A stretch of DNA of 64,000 bases, taken from Octopus vulgaris (Eukaryota). Each line of letters starts with the position of its first letter. The stretch's first letter is position 1. The stretch spans positions 22,010,001-22,074,000 of the forward strand of contig OX597832.1 in NCBI GenBank assembly GCA_951406725.2. The letters run 5' to 3'. Positions 40,411 through 54,955 of this stretch are shown here, piece after piece. The translations under genes were made by a program, and so were the position numbers. Below the pieces are notes generated by a model that saw only the letters and a program-made list of their open reading frames with translations, did no database searches and had not been told where the DNA came from.

Positions 40411-40841
40411 TTAACAATTTAGCATTCAGATTATTCTGTCAAACGTGATGCTCATTTATTCCTATTGTTTTGAATTAATCATGCATTTTCTCATGGCCTT
40501 GTGAGCTTCATTGAGAATTGCATTTTAGGGCAGGTGCGAGAAGCAGGATCTGCGGGTTTGTATATAAAACAGGTGGAATATTTGACCTGGATATGACTGG
40601 TTTAACCCTTTAGTGGTTGCATTATTCTGCCAAAATTAATCCTTTATTATCCACATTGCCTTAATCAGGCATTATCTTGGTGCTATGAGATTTTGATGAG
40701 GTAGCTGTTAATTTTTAAAACGATATTGTAGGGCTGGTGTGAGAGACCAGATCTGTCCAGTCTGAACATAAAACAGGCAGAATACTTTTGGCCGGATATG
40801 GCCGGTTTAAATGCTAAAGGGTTAAATGCCATAAAGGTGAA
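40411..40841. mobile_element. Two nested piggyBac-like MITEs of one family
   Basis: Inner copy 40606-40821 (CCCTTTAG...CTAAAGGG) has TTAA at 40602-40605 and 40822-40825. It interrupts an older related copy starting TTAACAATTTAGCATTCAGA at 40411. Confidence 0.75.
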
Positions 40842-41271
40842 AGTTTTCTAGCCATGACCAACCTCACTCCTTTGTGAGAGATTATATAATTGCTAGTGTA
40901 GTTTTTATTTTAAAAAGTTGCAGGGATGTGACATGAGGGAATTTTGGCTGCTATTTTGAACAAGATGAGCAACCACAAAGACACTACCTAACTGGTTCGT
41001 CACTGATTTATATGGAAAGGAAAATAAATTACTTTGCAGCTGGGTAATGATAGGAAAGTGTCTTGCTCAAGGTGACAATGTAATTACCCATTTTCAGAGG
41101 GGGGGAAAAAATCTTTAACATTAGACATCATCAAATATGGATGAGGTTCATGACCTTAGGGCTGTAATCTGGTAATTAACAGAAAGGGGGTGTTTAACAC
41201 CGAAAATGAAAAATTGTAGAATAATTCCTGTAGAACAGGAAGACAGAGTAAGAGAAATATACATACATATA

Positions 41272-41305
<34 letters not shown>

Positions 41306-41314
41306 CTCTTTATT

Positions 41315-41704
41315 CTTTACTCTTTTACTTGTTTCAGTCATTTGACTGCGGCCATACTGGAGCACCGCCTTTAGTTGAGCAAATCAACCCCAGGACTTAT
41401 TCTTTGGAAGCCCAGTACTTATTCTATTGGTCTCTTTTGCCAAACCGCTACATGACGGGGACGTAAACACACCAGCATCGGTTGTCAAGCAATGCTAGGG
41501 GGACAAACACAGACACACAAACACACACATGCATACATATATATATACATACATATATACAACAGGCTTCTTTCAGTTTCTGTCTACCAAATCCACTCAC
41601 AAGGCATTGGTCGGCCCGGGGTTATAGCAGAAGATGCCACGCAGTGGGACTGAACCTGGAACCATGTGGTTGGTTAGCAATACTTACCACACAGCCACTT
41701 TATG

Positions 41705-41707
<3 letters not shown>
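41315..41707 (-). mobile_element. Near full-length dominant SINE copy
   Basis: Reverse complement of the 31164-31555 family with a small internal deletion. Confidence 0.9.
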
Positions 41708-41755
<48 letters not shown>

Positions 41756-43308
41756 GGAAAGAGCAAAGAGTTCACAAAGAAGAGTATAAGAAAGTGAGGG
41801 AAAATATGCACACACAAACACACGGGGACAGACATGTACAAAGGGACAGATAAACAAATTCGGTGACACACACACACATACAGAGACACCACCTGACATA
41901 CATGTAAGATCAAACGTATGTACAGATTTTTCACACAAAGATGGTTACACGGACATTTATAGATGTCTCAGACAGACAAGATTACTCGAAAACACACACA
42001 CACACAATCAGATATGCAAGCAGAATCAATCACAGATATGCATACAGATTTCCCACACAGAGATTCACCATCATCATCATCGTCATCATTTAATGTCGGC
42101 TTTCCTCAGATCTCTCTGGCAGACAAGATTACACACATACCACACACACACACACACACATGTTTTGCAGACGCAGGTGACACAGGGATAAGACAGTCGG
42201 AGTGTTTACGGAGATCGAGAAGTGCAAAAAGTGCCATACACAGCAGAATAAATTCCAAGAGTTTCCTTGATTTAAACCACTGGCAGCAAACTGGCAGAAT
42301 TGTCAGAGTGCCAGACAGAAGGTGTCGTGGTATAGGTTCTGAGTCTCTTTGCCCAGAATTCAAATCTCACTATGATCAACTTTATATTTCATCTGTACAG
42401 GTTTGATAAAGAAAAAAAAAAGCACTAATGAAAAAAAAGTACTGATAAAAAAATATAAAGTACCAGTAAAAAAAGACCAATAAAAACACACCGATAAAAA
42501 AAAAGTACAAGACATCCTTCGGTCACGAATGACCATGGGATTGAACCTAGAAAGTTCTCCTCCAAGGCACAAGCTTTAGCAAGGTTGTTTATGGAAGACC
42601 TGCAGTCACCCATGCATATCAACCTCCCTTCTTCACACCACCGATGTTATCCAAGGGAATACAAAGGCTAATACAGTGTGGCACCAGTGATGTCGCAACT
42701 CTTTTTTTATCCAGCTGAGTGAACATGAAATAAAGAGTCTTGCTCAAGAACACAACACGCAGCCCGGTCTGGGATTCGAACTCACTACCTCATGATTGTG
42801 AGCCTCACACTCTAACCACTCAACCACGTGCCTTCACAAAATAAAAGTACAAATAAAAAAAAAAACACTGATAAAAAGGTACCAAAAAAAAATACCAATA
42901 AAAAACACTAATAAAAAAAATACTAAGTACTATTAAAAAAAAATAATTGGAGCAGTAGTTTAGTGGAGCAGTAAGAACATTGGATCAGATGCCTTATGGT
43001 ATTTGTACCAATTCTTTACATTCCAAGTACAAATCTTGTTATCGCTTGGTGTTGGAGGTCTCTAGGAGAGACCATTCTTTTGCAAAACATGCAGGTCAAG
43101 TCACTGGTTTGAGGATATCTCTGTCCCTCCTTGGAGGTTCTGCAAAGGGTCGACCTGTATCTCTACATGTTTGTATGTTAACGAGAAAAGTGTTGAAATG
43201 TATTTCTGTTGCGGCTCGAGCATAAATTGACTGAATCCCAAGAGTTGAAATTGTGCCAAAGGAAGATCTTGATGAATAAATTTAACAGTGTCGTGGGAGC
43301 ATCAGAAA

Positions 43309-43361
<53 letters not shown>

Positions 43362-43524
43362 GACACACACATGCACAAATGAGGTTGAGGAATACAGATG
43401 GTAGGTTTTGGATTAACTTAACTCTTCTCAACAAAGAGTAAGGAACTTGTATAGGAAAATAAAAGGGGACAAAAAACCCTTGATAGAAAAGACAGAATGA
43501 GTGCAGCAAGTTACACATATAAAT

Positions 43525-43566
<42 letters not shown>

Positions 43567-43568
<2 letters not shown>

Positions 43569-43853
43569 GGTTAGGGTAGTGGACTCGCGGTTGGAGGATC
43601 GTGGTTTCAATTCCCAGACTGGGCGTTGTGAGTGTTTATTGATCGAAAACACCCAAAGCTCCACGAGGTTCCGGCAAGGGGTGGTGGCGACCCCTGCTGT
43701 ACTCTTTCGCCACAACTTTCTCTCTTTCTTCTGTTGGCCTGCTCGCTTAGTCAGCGGGGTGTAGTCATTTGAAGGCCAAAACAATGCGAAGCGCATTGTG
43801 ACCATCGATGTGTAGCAACATCTGATAGCCTGGTCGGTCACAGTGATCACGGT
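43567..43853 (+). mobile_element. tRNA-derived SINE, third family
   Basis: Homologous to 7326-7634; inserted in a (TA)n tract. Confidence 0.85.
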
Positions 43854-43993
43854 GATATATATATATATACATACATATATATAGGTAAGTAGAGCTAGCA
43901 GTTGGAATAACCGTCTAACGGATAAGAATATCCATTCTTACTACCAGTATCACTTACTTATGTTATCCCTGGGCATGGATATGCAAACACACT

Positions 43994-44378
43994 ATAATAA
44001 TAATAATAATAATGAAATTGTTGTATACAGTTCTTAGGTGCACTACAACTTGTCAAAAGTGCATACAAAGCATATGTAGAAATGTACAAATATCTGGAAA
44101 GTGAACAGTGTATGAGTCAGATACATGCTTGCGTGTGTATGGAAGGGAGAAAATCAGGTGTAGTGTTGGCGAATCTCAGGAAGCATAGAAGTTTTGAAGG
44201 ATGCAGTGCTCCGACAACTAACAACTGATGCCGGCAGTTTGTTCCATGCTTCAGCGACTCTCAGCCTGAATAAATGTTTCCGAAAGTCATGGGAGCCGTG
44301 CTGTTTTCTGACTTTGTAAACATGTCCAAGGGTGTTAGACAGATGGAGTTTGAAAAGGTGTTCAGAGATATTGTTTGC
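43994..44378 (-). mobile_element. CR1-clade LINE 3' end
   Basis: Minus strand translates NTLGHVYKVRKQHGSHDFRKHLFRLRVAEAWNKLPASVVSCRSTASFK (CR1 TRGH...RV...WN.LP motif), followed by a 3' UTR and (ATT)n tail. Confidence 0.85.
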
Positions 44379-44812
44379 TCATATGGTACAGGTAATAACA
44401 GAATAAACAAAGTTTATCGGGAATCAAATTTAAAATAAGCAGAAAATGGAGAAAACTTTTGATCAACAAACATATTGACCAACATCGACCCCAGGACTTA
44501 TCTTTTGCAAGCCTAGTACTTATTCTATTGGTCTCTTTTGCTGAACCGCTAAGTTACAGGGATGTAAACCTACCAATGCCAGATGTCAAACGACGGTGGA
44601 GGGACCAACACAGACACACACACATAAATATATATATATCATCCAGACAATTACCACATGTGGGATAACTATTTTTTTTTTATTTGTTTAATTATATGTG
44701 TATATTGTTTTTGTTTATTTTGTGCTACAAATAACGTAAAAGTACTCCGGCAGCATTAGAAGTGAGTGGAGAGACCGATGTTTGTTTGTTTGTATGTTTG
44801 TCATTTGTTGAC

Positions 44813-44864
<52 letters not shown>

Positions 44865-46383
44865 GATAACATACAGTGAAGCAGTCTAAAAAGAAAGGCA
44901 GTTATACAAAACCAGCAGATCGTAAATAATGTATACAATTCTACATACATACATATTCACTCACTTATCACAAACACAGGCTTACACTTACACACACACA
45001 CATGTCTACAGAAAGAGGAAACTTCAGTCACCACTCTAAGTTTCATGCTATGTCGTATCTCTGACTGTAGCGAGGAAGGGATGTGTTAAAAAATGTGGGG
45101 AGAGGTGGTGTATGCTTAAATTATATATCAATATCATCATCATCATCGTGATTGTCATCATTCAACATCTTCCTTCAAAGCTGGTGTGGATTGGGTGGTT
45201 TGACAAGAGATGCAAAGTCAGAAGATTGCACCAGACTCTACTGGTTGCTTTGGTATGGCTTCTGCGGCCGGATACCCTTTTCCTGATGCCAACCACTTTA
45301 TAGAACGTACTGGGTGCTAGGAGAGAGAGAAAGAGAGAGACAGAGAGTGAGAGCAGGAGAGTAACTTAGCGGTTCGGCAAAAGAGACCGATAGAATAAGT
45401 ACTAGGCTTCCAAAGAATAAGTCCTGGGGTCGATTTGTTTGACTAAAATCGGTGCTCCAGCATTGCCGCAGTCAAATGACTGAAACAAGTAAAAGAATAA
45501 AAGAAAGATAAATAAATAAGTAAATAAGAAAAAGAAAGGTCACATGAGAGAATGTACTCTTTGATATACTTATACCTGAAAAAGAAAAAAACTAGGTGAT
45601 CAAGACTCAGGTCAAAATTCTGTCTGACCAGAGATGACCTGGGGTTAAACAACACCAACAAGAATAATTAGGATAAATGGATACAGACGAGGCTGTGTGG
45701 TTAAGAAGCTTGCTTTTCAACTGTGTGGTCTCAGGTTCAGTCCCACTGTGCAACACCCTGGACAAGTGTTTTTTTATTTTTATTATGGGTTTGATAGATG
45801 GAGACTGGATGAAACCTATTGTTTGTGTGTATGTATATGCATGTGTGTGTGTGTGTTCACCCTTGTCCTGATTGATATTGTGGTAGCTGTAAATGAGCAT
45901 CACTGTCATACAAGCGGGATCGTTTGTGCCCAGTCGTCCGTGAAAGACACATCCAGTCATGCGGAAATACTACCATCTGCTTGGAAACAGATGAAGGTAA
46001 GTGACAGTAAGAGCATCCCATCACAGAAAATCTAACCCCCCCCCCCCTGCGAATTCTGTCTCACCCGTGAAGGAATAGAAAAGAGGGCGTCACACTTATG
46101 ATGATGATGACGATGATGATGATGGTGATGGCCATAGTTGCTCTTGTCTTTGATTCATAATTCTGTTTGATCAGAGCTGACATGGGATGTGGAGGGAGGG
46201 AGGAGGCTGAAGAGGAAGAACAGCAACAACAACAAAAATATTGTTAATTAGTATTCAAACAGAAAAATTCATGTTAAAAATTCATGCCTTTACAAATAAC
46301 ATTTTGGCTGATTTTAACCTTTACACCCCATAAATATCTATGTAGCTGTCTATATATGTATGTACCTGTGTATGTATATATTC

Positions 46384-46427
<44 letters not shown>

Positions 46428-46526
46428 CGATTTATCTGTATATACCTGTGTGAAAGCGTGTATCTGTCTACTTATATAGATAAATAAATATCTACACTAC
46501 ATATATATTTCTGTATGTATATATGT

Positions 46527-46571
<45 letters not shown>

Positions 46572-46907
46572 CATAAGAGCGCCATCTGAGCGTGATCGTT
46601 GCCAGAGCAGCTAACTGGCCCTGTGCTGGTGACACGTAAAAGCACCCGCTACACTCTCGGAGTGGTTGGCATTAGGAAGGGCATCTAGCTGTAGAAACTC
46701 TGCCAGATCAAGATTGGAGCCTAGTGCAGCCATCCGGTTCACCAACCCTCAATGAAATTGTCCAACCCATGCTAGCAAGGAAAGCGGACGTTAAACGATG
46801 ATGATGATACACACACACATCTATCTATCTATCTATCTATATATATATATGTATGTGTGTGTGTGTCTATATAGAGAGATTTATATGTGTGTGTGAGTGT
46901 ATATATA

Positions 46908-47108
46908 TAGGGAGAGTTTACAAAAAAAACGAAAGACGAAGACAGGTGGTGTACAAAACAAACAGATGTATTAGTATAACGCTCAGGAATAGAAAAAGTC
47001 TTTTACATTTTGAGCCTATGCTCTTCTACAGAAAGGGACACAGAAAAAACAAGGAGAGAAACAAGGCGAGAAAAAAATGTGTGTAGTGGCCAACGATCTA
47101 TCATGGCG

Positions 47109-47112
<4 letters not shown>
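46908..47112 (-). mobile_element. Short element with degenerate HHR-like motif (U6 core)
   Basis: 47035-47000 reads CUUU-CUGUAGA-A-GAGC AUAG GCUC-AAAA-UG-UA-AAAG. Homologous to 56451-56585. TA repeats on both flanks. Confidence 0.5.
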
Positions 47113-47154
<42 letters not shown>

Positions 47155-47664
47155 GTTGACTATATATATATATATATATACCTGTTGATTCACTGGAAGT
47201 GATAAGTTACAGGATTCAATACAAATGAAGACTGTTTTTTAATACATAAAAAACCCCGAGAAGCTGTGATTTCCAGCACTTGGAGTTACTCATCTCTGAC
47301 CAAACAGCTGGTATAAACCAAGCCTGGTTTTCATTTTGTGGCATACAAATATGATATAAGGCAGGTCAGGGCAGGGCAGAGCAGAGGAGAGTGAGGTGGG
47401 GTAGCAAGATGGTGGTGGTGTTCCGTTGTTACACAAGATACTCTTGGTGTTCCTTGGATACTATTACGACCCATGGTAATTAATTAGAAACATTTGTTTA
47501 CATCGTCTTGTGACTACTGACCAAATTAACTGATCGTTGTACAGTTTGGACGCTACGCCAACGAGCATTTATTATTTAGTTGTGTTTTTACACTGCAACC
47601 TCGAAAGTCAAGCACATCAATCATGAAATTCTAGAAGAGAATAACAAAAATAAACTTTGTGTGT

Positions 47665-48155
47665 GCAATAATAATGATAATAATAATAATAATAATAGTA
47701 ATCATTATCATCATCACCATTGCCACCATCATCAACAACATCATTATCATCACCACCACCACCACCACCATCATCACACAATCTTTCCTTGAACACCACC
47801 ATTATCATCATCATCATCATCACCACCTCCATCTTCACTATCATCATCATCACCACCACCTCCATCTTCACTACCATTATCATCATCACCACCACCACCA
47901 TCATCATCACCACCAACATCATTCCCACCACCATCATCACCACCACCACCACCACCATCACCACCACCATCACCACCACCATCATCACCACCAACACCAT
48001 CATCACCACCATCACCACCACCATCACCATCATCATCACCACTTCCATCATCACCACCACCATCATCATCATCACCACCTCCATCATCACCACCACCAAC
48101 ATCATTCCCACCACCATCACTACCACCATCACCATCACTACCACTATCATCATCA
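47665..48155. repeat. (AAT)/(CAT)/(CAC) trinucleotide block
   Basis: Direct reading; similar blocks at 22870-23240 and, on the opposite strand, 11310-12150. Confidence 0.95.
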
Positions 48156-48426
48156 ATTTATATATTTATTTCTGCCCCACTGACTCTGCGTCTAGTCTTG
48201 CTGTCTTTAACCTTTAGAGATGACAGTGTTTTCTATAAATATGTTGAGCAGTTGTTATTATTTTTCAATTCATTCAATAAAAACAGCTGTTGTGGCTGTT
48301 TTCGTTGTTGCTATTATTATTGTTGTTGTTGCTTAATTTCCAGGTCACTTCCAGATCAAGCAGACGTATATGAACAAAGACAATCTTTCCTTGACCACCC
48401 CATATTGTTTTTGCCCACATGCATTC

Positions 48427-48695
48427 AGTTTCAGTCATTTGAATGTGGCCATGCTGGAGCACCACCTTTAGTCAAGCAAATCTACCCCAGGACTTATTAT
48501 TTGTAAGCCTAGTACTTATTCTATCGGTTCTTTTTTGCTGAACTGCTAAGTTATGGGGACGTAAACACACCAACATCAGTTGTCAAGCGATGTTGGGAGG
48601 ACAAAGACACACACACACACGCATACATATATATATATACACACACATACACACATATATATACACACACACATACATATACACACACACACGTG

Positions 48696-48731
<36 letters not shown>

Positions 48732-48896
48732 TACATGATAGGATTCTTTCAGTTTCCGTCTACCAAATCCACTCACAAGGTTTTGGTTGGCCCGAGTCTA
48801 TAGTAGAAGACACTTGCCCAAGGTGCCACGCAATGGGACAGAACCTGGAACCATGTGGTTGGTAAGCAAGTTACTTACCACACAGTCATGCATGTG

Positions 48897-48900
<4 letters not shown>
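48427..48900 (-). mobile_element. Full-length dominant SINE copy with expanded central microsatellite
   Basis: Reverse complement of the 31164-31555 family. Confidence 0.9.
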
Positions 48901-48943
<43 letters not shown>

Positions 48944-49561
48944 CTGTCGCTTTTCTTGCCCCCTCCTTAATTCTTCTTTCACTCTGCCTCTACCTCTCTC
49001 TCTTCTCTTCCCATGTGACCGGCATTCGGCCAAGCCTGTTCTCTCTTTCTTGGTTTGGCCGTTGTCTGTGCAACATCGATATTCTTCCCTGTTCCTGTGA
49101 AATCTTGTATCCCTGCCATAAGGCTTCATTTCCACACATGCCAACTTAATTTAATTCATCCTTACTCGAAAGACACCTGTTGTTATCTTTATTGTATCTG
49201 TGTAACATTGTCCGTTTTTTTCCGTCCTTGTTTTGTATACATTCGCTGCTTTCTTCTAAAGAATCTAATGCTCTTAGCTTAGTTTTTCCTTGGGGCTGGC
49301 CAGATTGGAGAAATCTCGAGTATAATCAGCAGAAACTGCGAAGATAATCAGGTACTCGACTGAGGAAAGAAAACTTCGAATGACCCATTTTTGTTTCCTT
49401 TGTGTCGTCTATCTGGATGTTTTGTTGTCCAATTTATGTATCACCAAACGGCCCGGATGTTTTGTGTTTTGTCCCATTTTGTATTTTATATATAAATATA
49501 TATATGATTGATTCGATTGATTCTAGTTTCAGCTTATGAGCTGTGGCCATGCTGGGGCATC

Positions 49562-49598
<37 letters not shown>

Positions 49599-50444
49599 TC
49601 ATCATCATTGTTTAACGTCCGCTTTCCATGCTAGCATGGGTTGGATGGTTTGACTGTGGGCTGGCAAACCAGGAGGCTGCACCAGGCACCAGTCTTGATC
49701 TGGCAGATTTTCTACTACTGGATGCCCTTCCTAGCGCCAACCACTCTGAGAGTATATATATATATATATTTTTGAAGGCACATTCCTTCCAAATCTCTAA
49801 AATTCACTCAGGCCCCTGTATGCAAAGATGTGTCAGAATTACTCTGCAATGTTTTTCTTCTGAGTATGCACTGTTGATATTGGGGTGTGTTGAATATGTT
49901 CATGGTTCTAAAATGCCATAAAATATGGTCTGTGCTTGTGTGTGTGTGTGTGTGTGTGTGTGTTTTTGCATCAAGGCTTTGTTTAAATGTAAACATCAAG
50001 AAATTAAGACGAAATATAATGAGAAACAATGCAATGCTTGTGTCGATAACTAGAACACGAAAAAAAAAATCTGATTTCAAGCAGAGAGAGAGAGAGAGAG
50101 AGAGAGTGAGAGAGAGAAGGAGGGAGTGAGCGTGCGAAAGAGATGGGTGCTGTCTGCACTCATCCGTTGCATCAGAGGAGATAACAAGTACAATAAATAA
50201 ATAAATAAATAATTCCAGAAGCAAGGAATCACAAATTAACAAAGAACAATATACAAAACACTTCCCCTCTCCGTCTCTTTCTCTCTCTCTCTCTCCTCCC
50301 CACCTCTGCAAGGCACAAAAAAAACAACAACAACAACAACAATAAAAAAAAGCCCGTTTAAAAATATAAATAGCAGTTGAATACCAAAGTACTTGAAATA
50401 GCGCCAGTATGTCATAGAAACCACACACAGAGGAAAACGGGAAT

Positions 50445-50477
<33 letters not shown>

Positions 50478-51457
50478 CATCATCATCATCATCATTTAGC
50501 GTCCGCTTAAATGATGATGATATATATATATATATATGTATGTATGTATGTATATATATATGTGTATGTATATATATATATATATGTGTGTGTATAAATA
50601 TATACCATGTCATATACGCACATACATGTATGCACACTCCTTAACTATGGTTCTGGCAGCAGTTTTGGAAGCGGCATTGTGTTCACTTTTATATCCTGCA
50701 TCTTTTTGGTGAGATGTTATCAAGACAGGACCTCACGTTTCTGAAGCAAATTCGTTAACTATTCAGCCATGGTGTGATGGTGTGTCATCTTCGAAACATT
50801 CTCTTTCACTCTGTCTCACAAACAAAAGCATATGCACGTGTGTGTGTGTATGTATGTATGTACATACATATATCTTTATCATCATCATGGCTTAATGTCT
50901 GCCTTCCACGCTGGCGCATGAGTGGGACAAATATATATAGCCACAGATGTAACTGTGTGGTAAGAAGCTTGCTTCCCAAATACATGGTTCCTGGTTCAGT
51001 CCCACTGCGTGGAACCTTGGGCAAGTGTCTTCCACTATAGTCTCAGGCTGACCAAAGCCTTGTGAGTGGATTTGGTAGATGGAAACTGAAAGAAGCCTTC
51101 TCACTTTCTTTTCCTTGTCCTCTCATTTTTCCTTTCTTTTTCTCTTTCTCCATTCCTCTCTTCCTGTTTTTGATTTGACCCTACTAATACACTCCCTATT
51201 TTTAGGTCACTTTAATAACAACCCTGGATTTACTAACACTGCGTATAAACTCTATACATGGAATAACCAATTCGAAATTCTATTTGATTTTATTCATAAG
51301 GTATTGGAATATTATATATATATACCATTCTGCCAAAAAAAATGGATCTACAAATGCAATATCCCTACATATCTCACATCTATTTTCATTTATTTCCTCC
51401 ACCTCACTCACTATTATCTTATCTAAATTTACTATTTCTTAATCATCCTCTCACACT

Positions 51458-51505
51458 GTCTCCGATGAAGGGATATAATAAATATCCTGGAAACAGATGT
51501 AAGAC
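51458..51505 (+). ncRNA. Minimal type I HHR-like motif (C4 core)
   Basis: GUCU-CCGAUGA-AGGGAUAU AAUAA AUAUCCUG-GAAA-CAGAUG-UA-AGAC; loop III is one change from the palindrome CAGCUG. Confidence 0.6.
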
Positions 51506-52036
51506 CTATCTATAAATGTTCTAAAATTTACACAGCCTTGTTTTTTTTTCTCTCATTACGAAATACAATATATATATATATATTTATGTCCATGAGTGTC
51601 TTTGTGTCCGTGTTTGTACCCACTATCACTGCTTGACAACTGGTGCAGATGTTTTTACATCCTCATAACTTAGCAGTTCGGCAAAAAACAAAACTGATAG
51701 AATAAGTACTACGCATAAAAAACAAAGTCCTGGATTCGATCTGTTCGACTAAAAATCCTTCTAGGCAGTGCTCCAGCATGGCCGCAGTCAAATGACTGAA
51801 ACAAGTATAAGGATAAGAAATAAAATATATATATATACAAGATATGCGTGCTGGTGGCACGTAAAAACATCCACTACACTCTTGGGGTGGTTGGCATTAG
51901 GAAGGGCATCCAGCTGTAGAATCTCTGCCAGGTTAGATTGCAGCCTGGTGCAGCCATCTGGTTCGCCAGTCCTCAATCAAATCGTCCAACCTATGCTAGC
52001 ATGGAAAGTGGATGTTATACGATGATGATGATGATG

Positions 52037-52235
52037 ATGAAGGCAGTACTGAAAAGTTCCTGGCTTTAAGGATATCATGAAAAACCTGGTTGAAGGCCCC
52101 ACCTTCCAAGTTCTTGTAAAAACTAAAGGGCTGCCTGCAACAAATGTGTGAATCTGAGATGGGAATTTGTCGAAAAGTCATAATTAACCGATCCTCCTGT
52201 ATTTTCTTCTACCTTAAGCCAGGAACCTTTTTAGC
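52037..52235 (+). mobile_element. Mariner deletion derivative (MITE)
   Basis: TIR-like ends CTGAAAAGTTCCTGGCTT / AAGCCAGGAACCTTTTTAG; internal remnant KCVNLRWEFVE resembles the mariner C-terminal KCV...G.YVE motif. Confidence 0.7.
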
Positions 52236-52545
52236 AGCCACCCCACAGGCTTCTGCATAGTTTCTACTGACGAAATCCACTCATAAGTCTTTTTGCTGGC
52301 CCGAGGTTTATTCATATAGCACACTAGGTGCCCATGCAGTGGGTCTGAACCCAAAACCATGATGTTAGGAAGCATCCATCTAACAAAATAGCCACACTTC
52401 TGCTTAAACATATTTTATATAACAAATGCATTTCTCTCTCTCTCTCCCTCTCCCTCTATATATATATGTTATATATATATACATATATATATATATATTT
52501 ATGTGTGTATGTATGTATGTATATATATATGTGTGTGTGTATGTG

Positions 52546-52612
<67 letters not shown>

Positions 52613-52657
52613 CTATATATATATATATGTATCTATCTATCTATCTATGTATATCTA

Positions 52658-52692
<35 letters not shown>

Positions 52693-52749
52693 ATATCTAT
52701 TTATCTATCTATCTATCTATCTATATCCATCTATCTATATATACATATA

Positions 52750-52845
<96 letters not shown>

Positions 52846-54581
52846 TGTTCTATAAAATGTGACAGTTTATTTTCAATTCACATTCTTTAGAAGAGTATTC
52901 TTAATTACAAAAAAAAAATTTTGACATTTTTCCTGATTTCCCTTGCTATTTAGACTCTTTGATCAAACGCTGCCTGTCACCATGACAAAAAATGTCAAAC
53001 GTTAGGATTGGAATATCACAAATAAAAGAATCTTCGTTCCACCTACCACATCCCATTTTTCATATTTACGTTAGTTTTAGCTTTATTTTAAGTTTTATTT
53101 AGATTTGAAAAAAAAACAAAAAAACAACAACAACGAATAACGAAAATATATTTTTAACAAATCAAAGAAAAAAAGAATAAATTTGAACAAATGAATTCTT
53201 TCATAGACATCATCCATTATGTTATGTCCAACTTGTTAGAGTTCCTGCTGGTGGTTGTTACGCAGGTATAAATAAACAGAAAAATAAAACACAAAATCCA
53301 TTGTATTTCATAGAATGAATTGGTTTAAATCATCATCTTTTAATGTCTGCTTCTCTATGCTAGCATGGGTTGGACAGAATTTGTCGAAGGAGATTTTTTT
53401 TCTGAAGCCGGATATCCTTTCTATTGCCAAACTTCACCTTTTTCCAAGTAAGGTAATATTTTTTTTCTCATGGCCAGACATGTTTACAGAGAAGACTGGA
53501 AATAAACAACCCCACCTGTATGACAGTGATGCTTGTTTACAACTACCAAGATGTTTAGACAAGGGTAAAGTAAAGTAGTTCGGTAAAGAGCCCCCTTCAG
53601 TCATCAATAACCATGGGATTGCACCTAGAAAATTCCCCCCTGATGCACAAGTCTCGTTTGTCCTCTCTGTGTTTAGCCCCTTGTAGGTAGTAAAGAAATA
53701 GGTATTTCGTTTGCCATTATGTTCTGAGTTCAAATTCCGCCGAGGTCAACTTTGCCTTTCATCCTTTCGGGGTTGATAAATTAAGTACTAGTTATGCACT
53801 GGGTTCGAGGTAACTGACTCAATCCCTTTGTCTGTCCTTGTTTGTCCCCTCTATGCTTAGCCCTTTATGGGCAATAAAGAGATAAAATGCCATGCACTGT
53901 AACTAAAGCCAAAACCAAATGGTTGCAGAGCAAGCATCTTAGCCACACATTCATTCAATCATGGTAGATTTGAACCGGAAACCTATTGGATTACAAGCCA
54001 AGTGCTTTACGCACTTGTTGCTTTCACCACCTGCTTTCTTTCCCAATAGGACAGCACAGCTGTGCCCCCACCCCCCACATTACAACCATCGAAATGGTTT
54101 CGAGTACAAACAACAAGACAATGCAGGATCATTCAACACTGCAATGCATAGGCTGAAAATTGAATAATTTAATAACGAGCCATCGCACATCTTTACGCAG
54201 TGATGCGGAGATTAAAATGCAAATGAAAGTCAAGTCTTGTTTCAGACAGTGCAAGCAAACTTGCGCTTGTTTCTATCTTTGCTCTCTCGACCAGAAAACA
54301 CCCATCAATCACACAGGCTGTACTACATTATTACAAGGGTCTCTTTCAGCTGGAAGACCTGTCATTCTGATTAACCCTCAGCTCGCTATAGAAAAACAGT
54401 CTGAATACTTATAACTGTCCACTACAGCTGTTGTCAATGATATTCCTCATCCAGTCAAGTAGTTTTGTTTCTTCATTTTTTTTTTTTTTTTTGTTTTCGA
54501 TGTGTACTGAATGAGTTGGAACATATCAAGACAAGACAAAGACAATATTATCATTTATATTTCAGTATAAAGTTATTACTA

Positions 54582-54955
54582 TTACTACCTCTGCCTTAGC
54601 GAAGGCGGGGGGGGGGGGTATTGTTTTCAGTCATGTTTGTTTGTTGGTTTGTCCGTGGACAAGATATCTCAAGAACCGCTGGATGGATTCAGATGAAACT
54701 TTCAGGGATGTTTGGCCTCGTGACTGGTATAAAGTGATCAGATTTGGGGATCGATCCGATACCGGACAAGGATTCTAGATTATTTTTCCAGATTTTTACT
54801 TAATTTTTAGGAGCGGTCAGGTTCATTTTTACTATTCTCCTTTGTGAGATCAGTCAAGTTTATTTCAGATATTCTCATTTTAAAAATCATCTCTGCCTAA
54901 TCGTCAAAAGGATGTTGGTGTTGCCTTGGCGGAGGTTTGTGGTCTCTGAGTGCTT
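54582..54955 (+). mobile_element. Helentron-associated non-autonomous element (HINE/DINE-1-like)
   Basis: Subterminal inverted repeats ACCTCTGCC / GGCGGAGGT, short (GTTT)n tract, GGATGGATTCAGATGAAACTT core, degenerate 3' hairpin, T-rich end. Confidence 0.7.

Noticed and set aside
47617-48217. Poly-His / Thr-Ile / Met-Val ORFs (also 22785-23290 and 11298-12119)
   Set aside because: Trinucleotide microsatellite open in several frames on both strands; no splice or domain support.
49360-49400. CTGAGGA...CGAA as another hammerhead
   Set aside because: Lacks A15.1-U16.1 and a clear helix I; not supportable.
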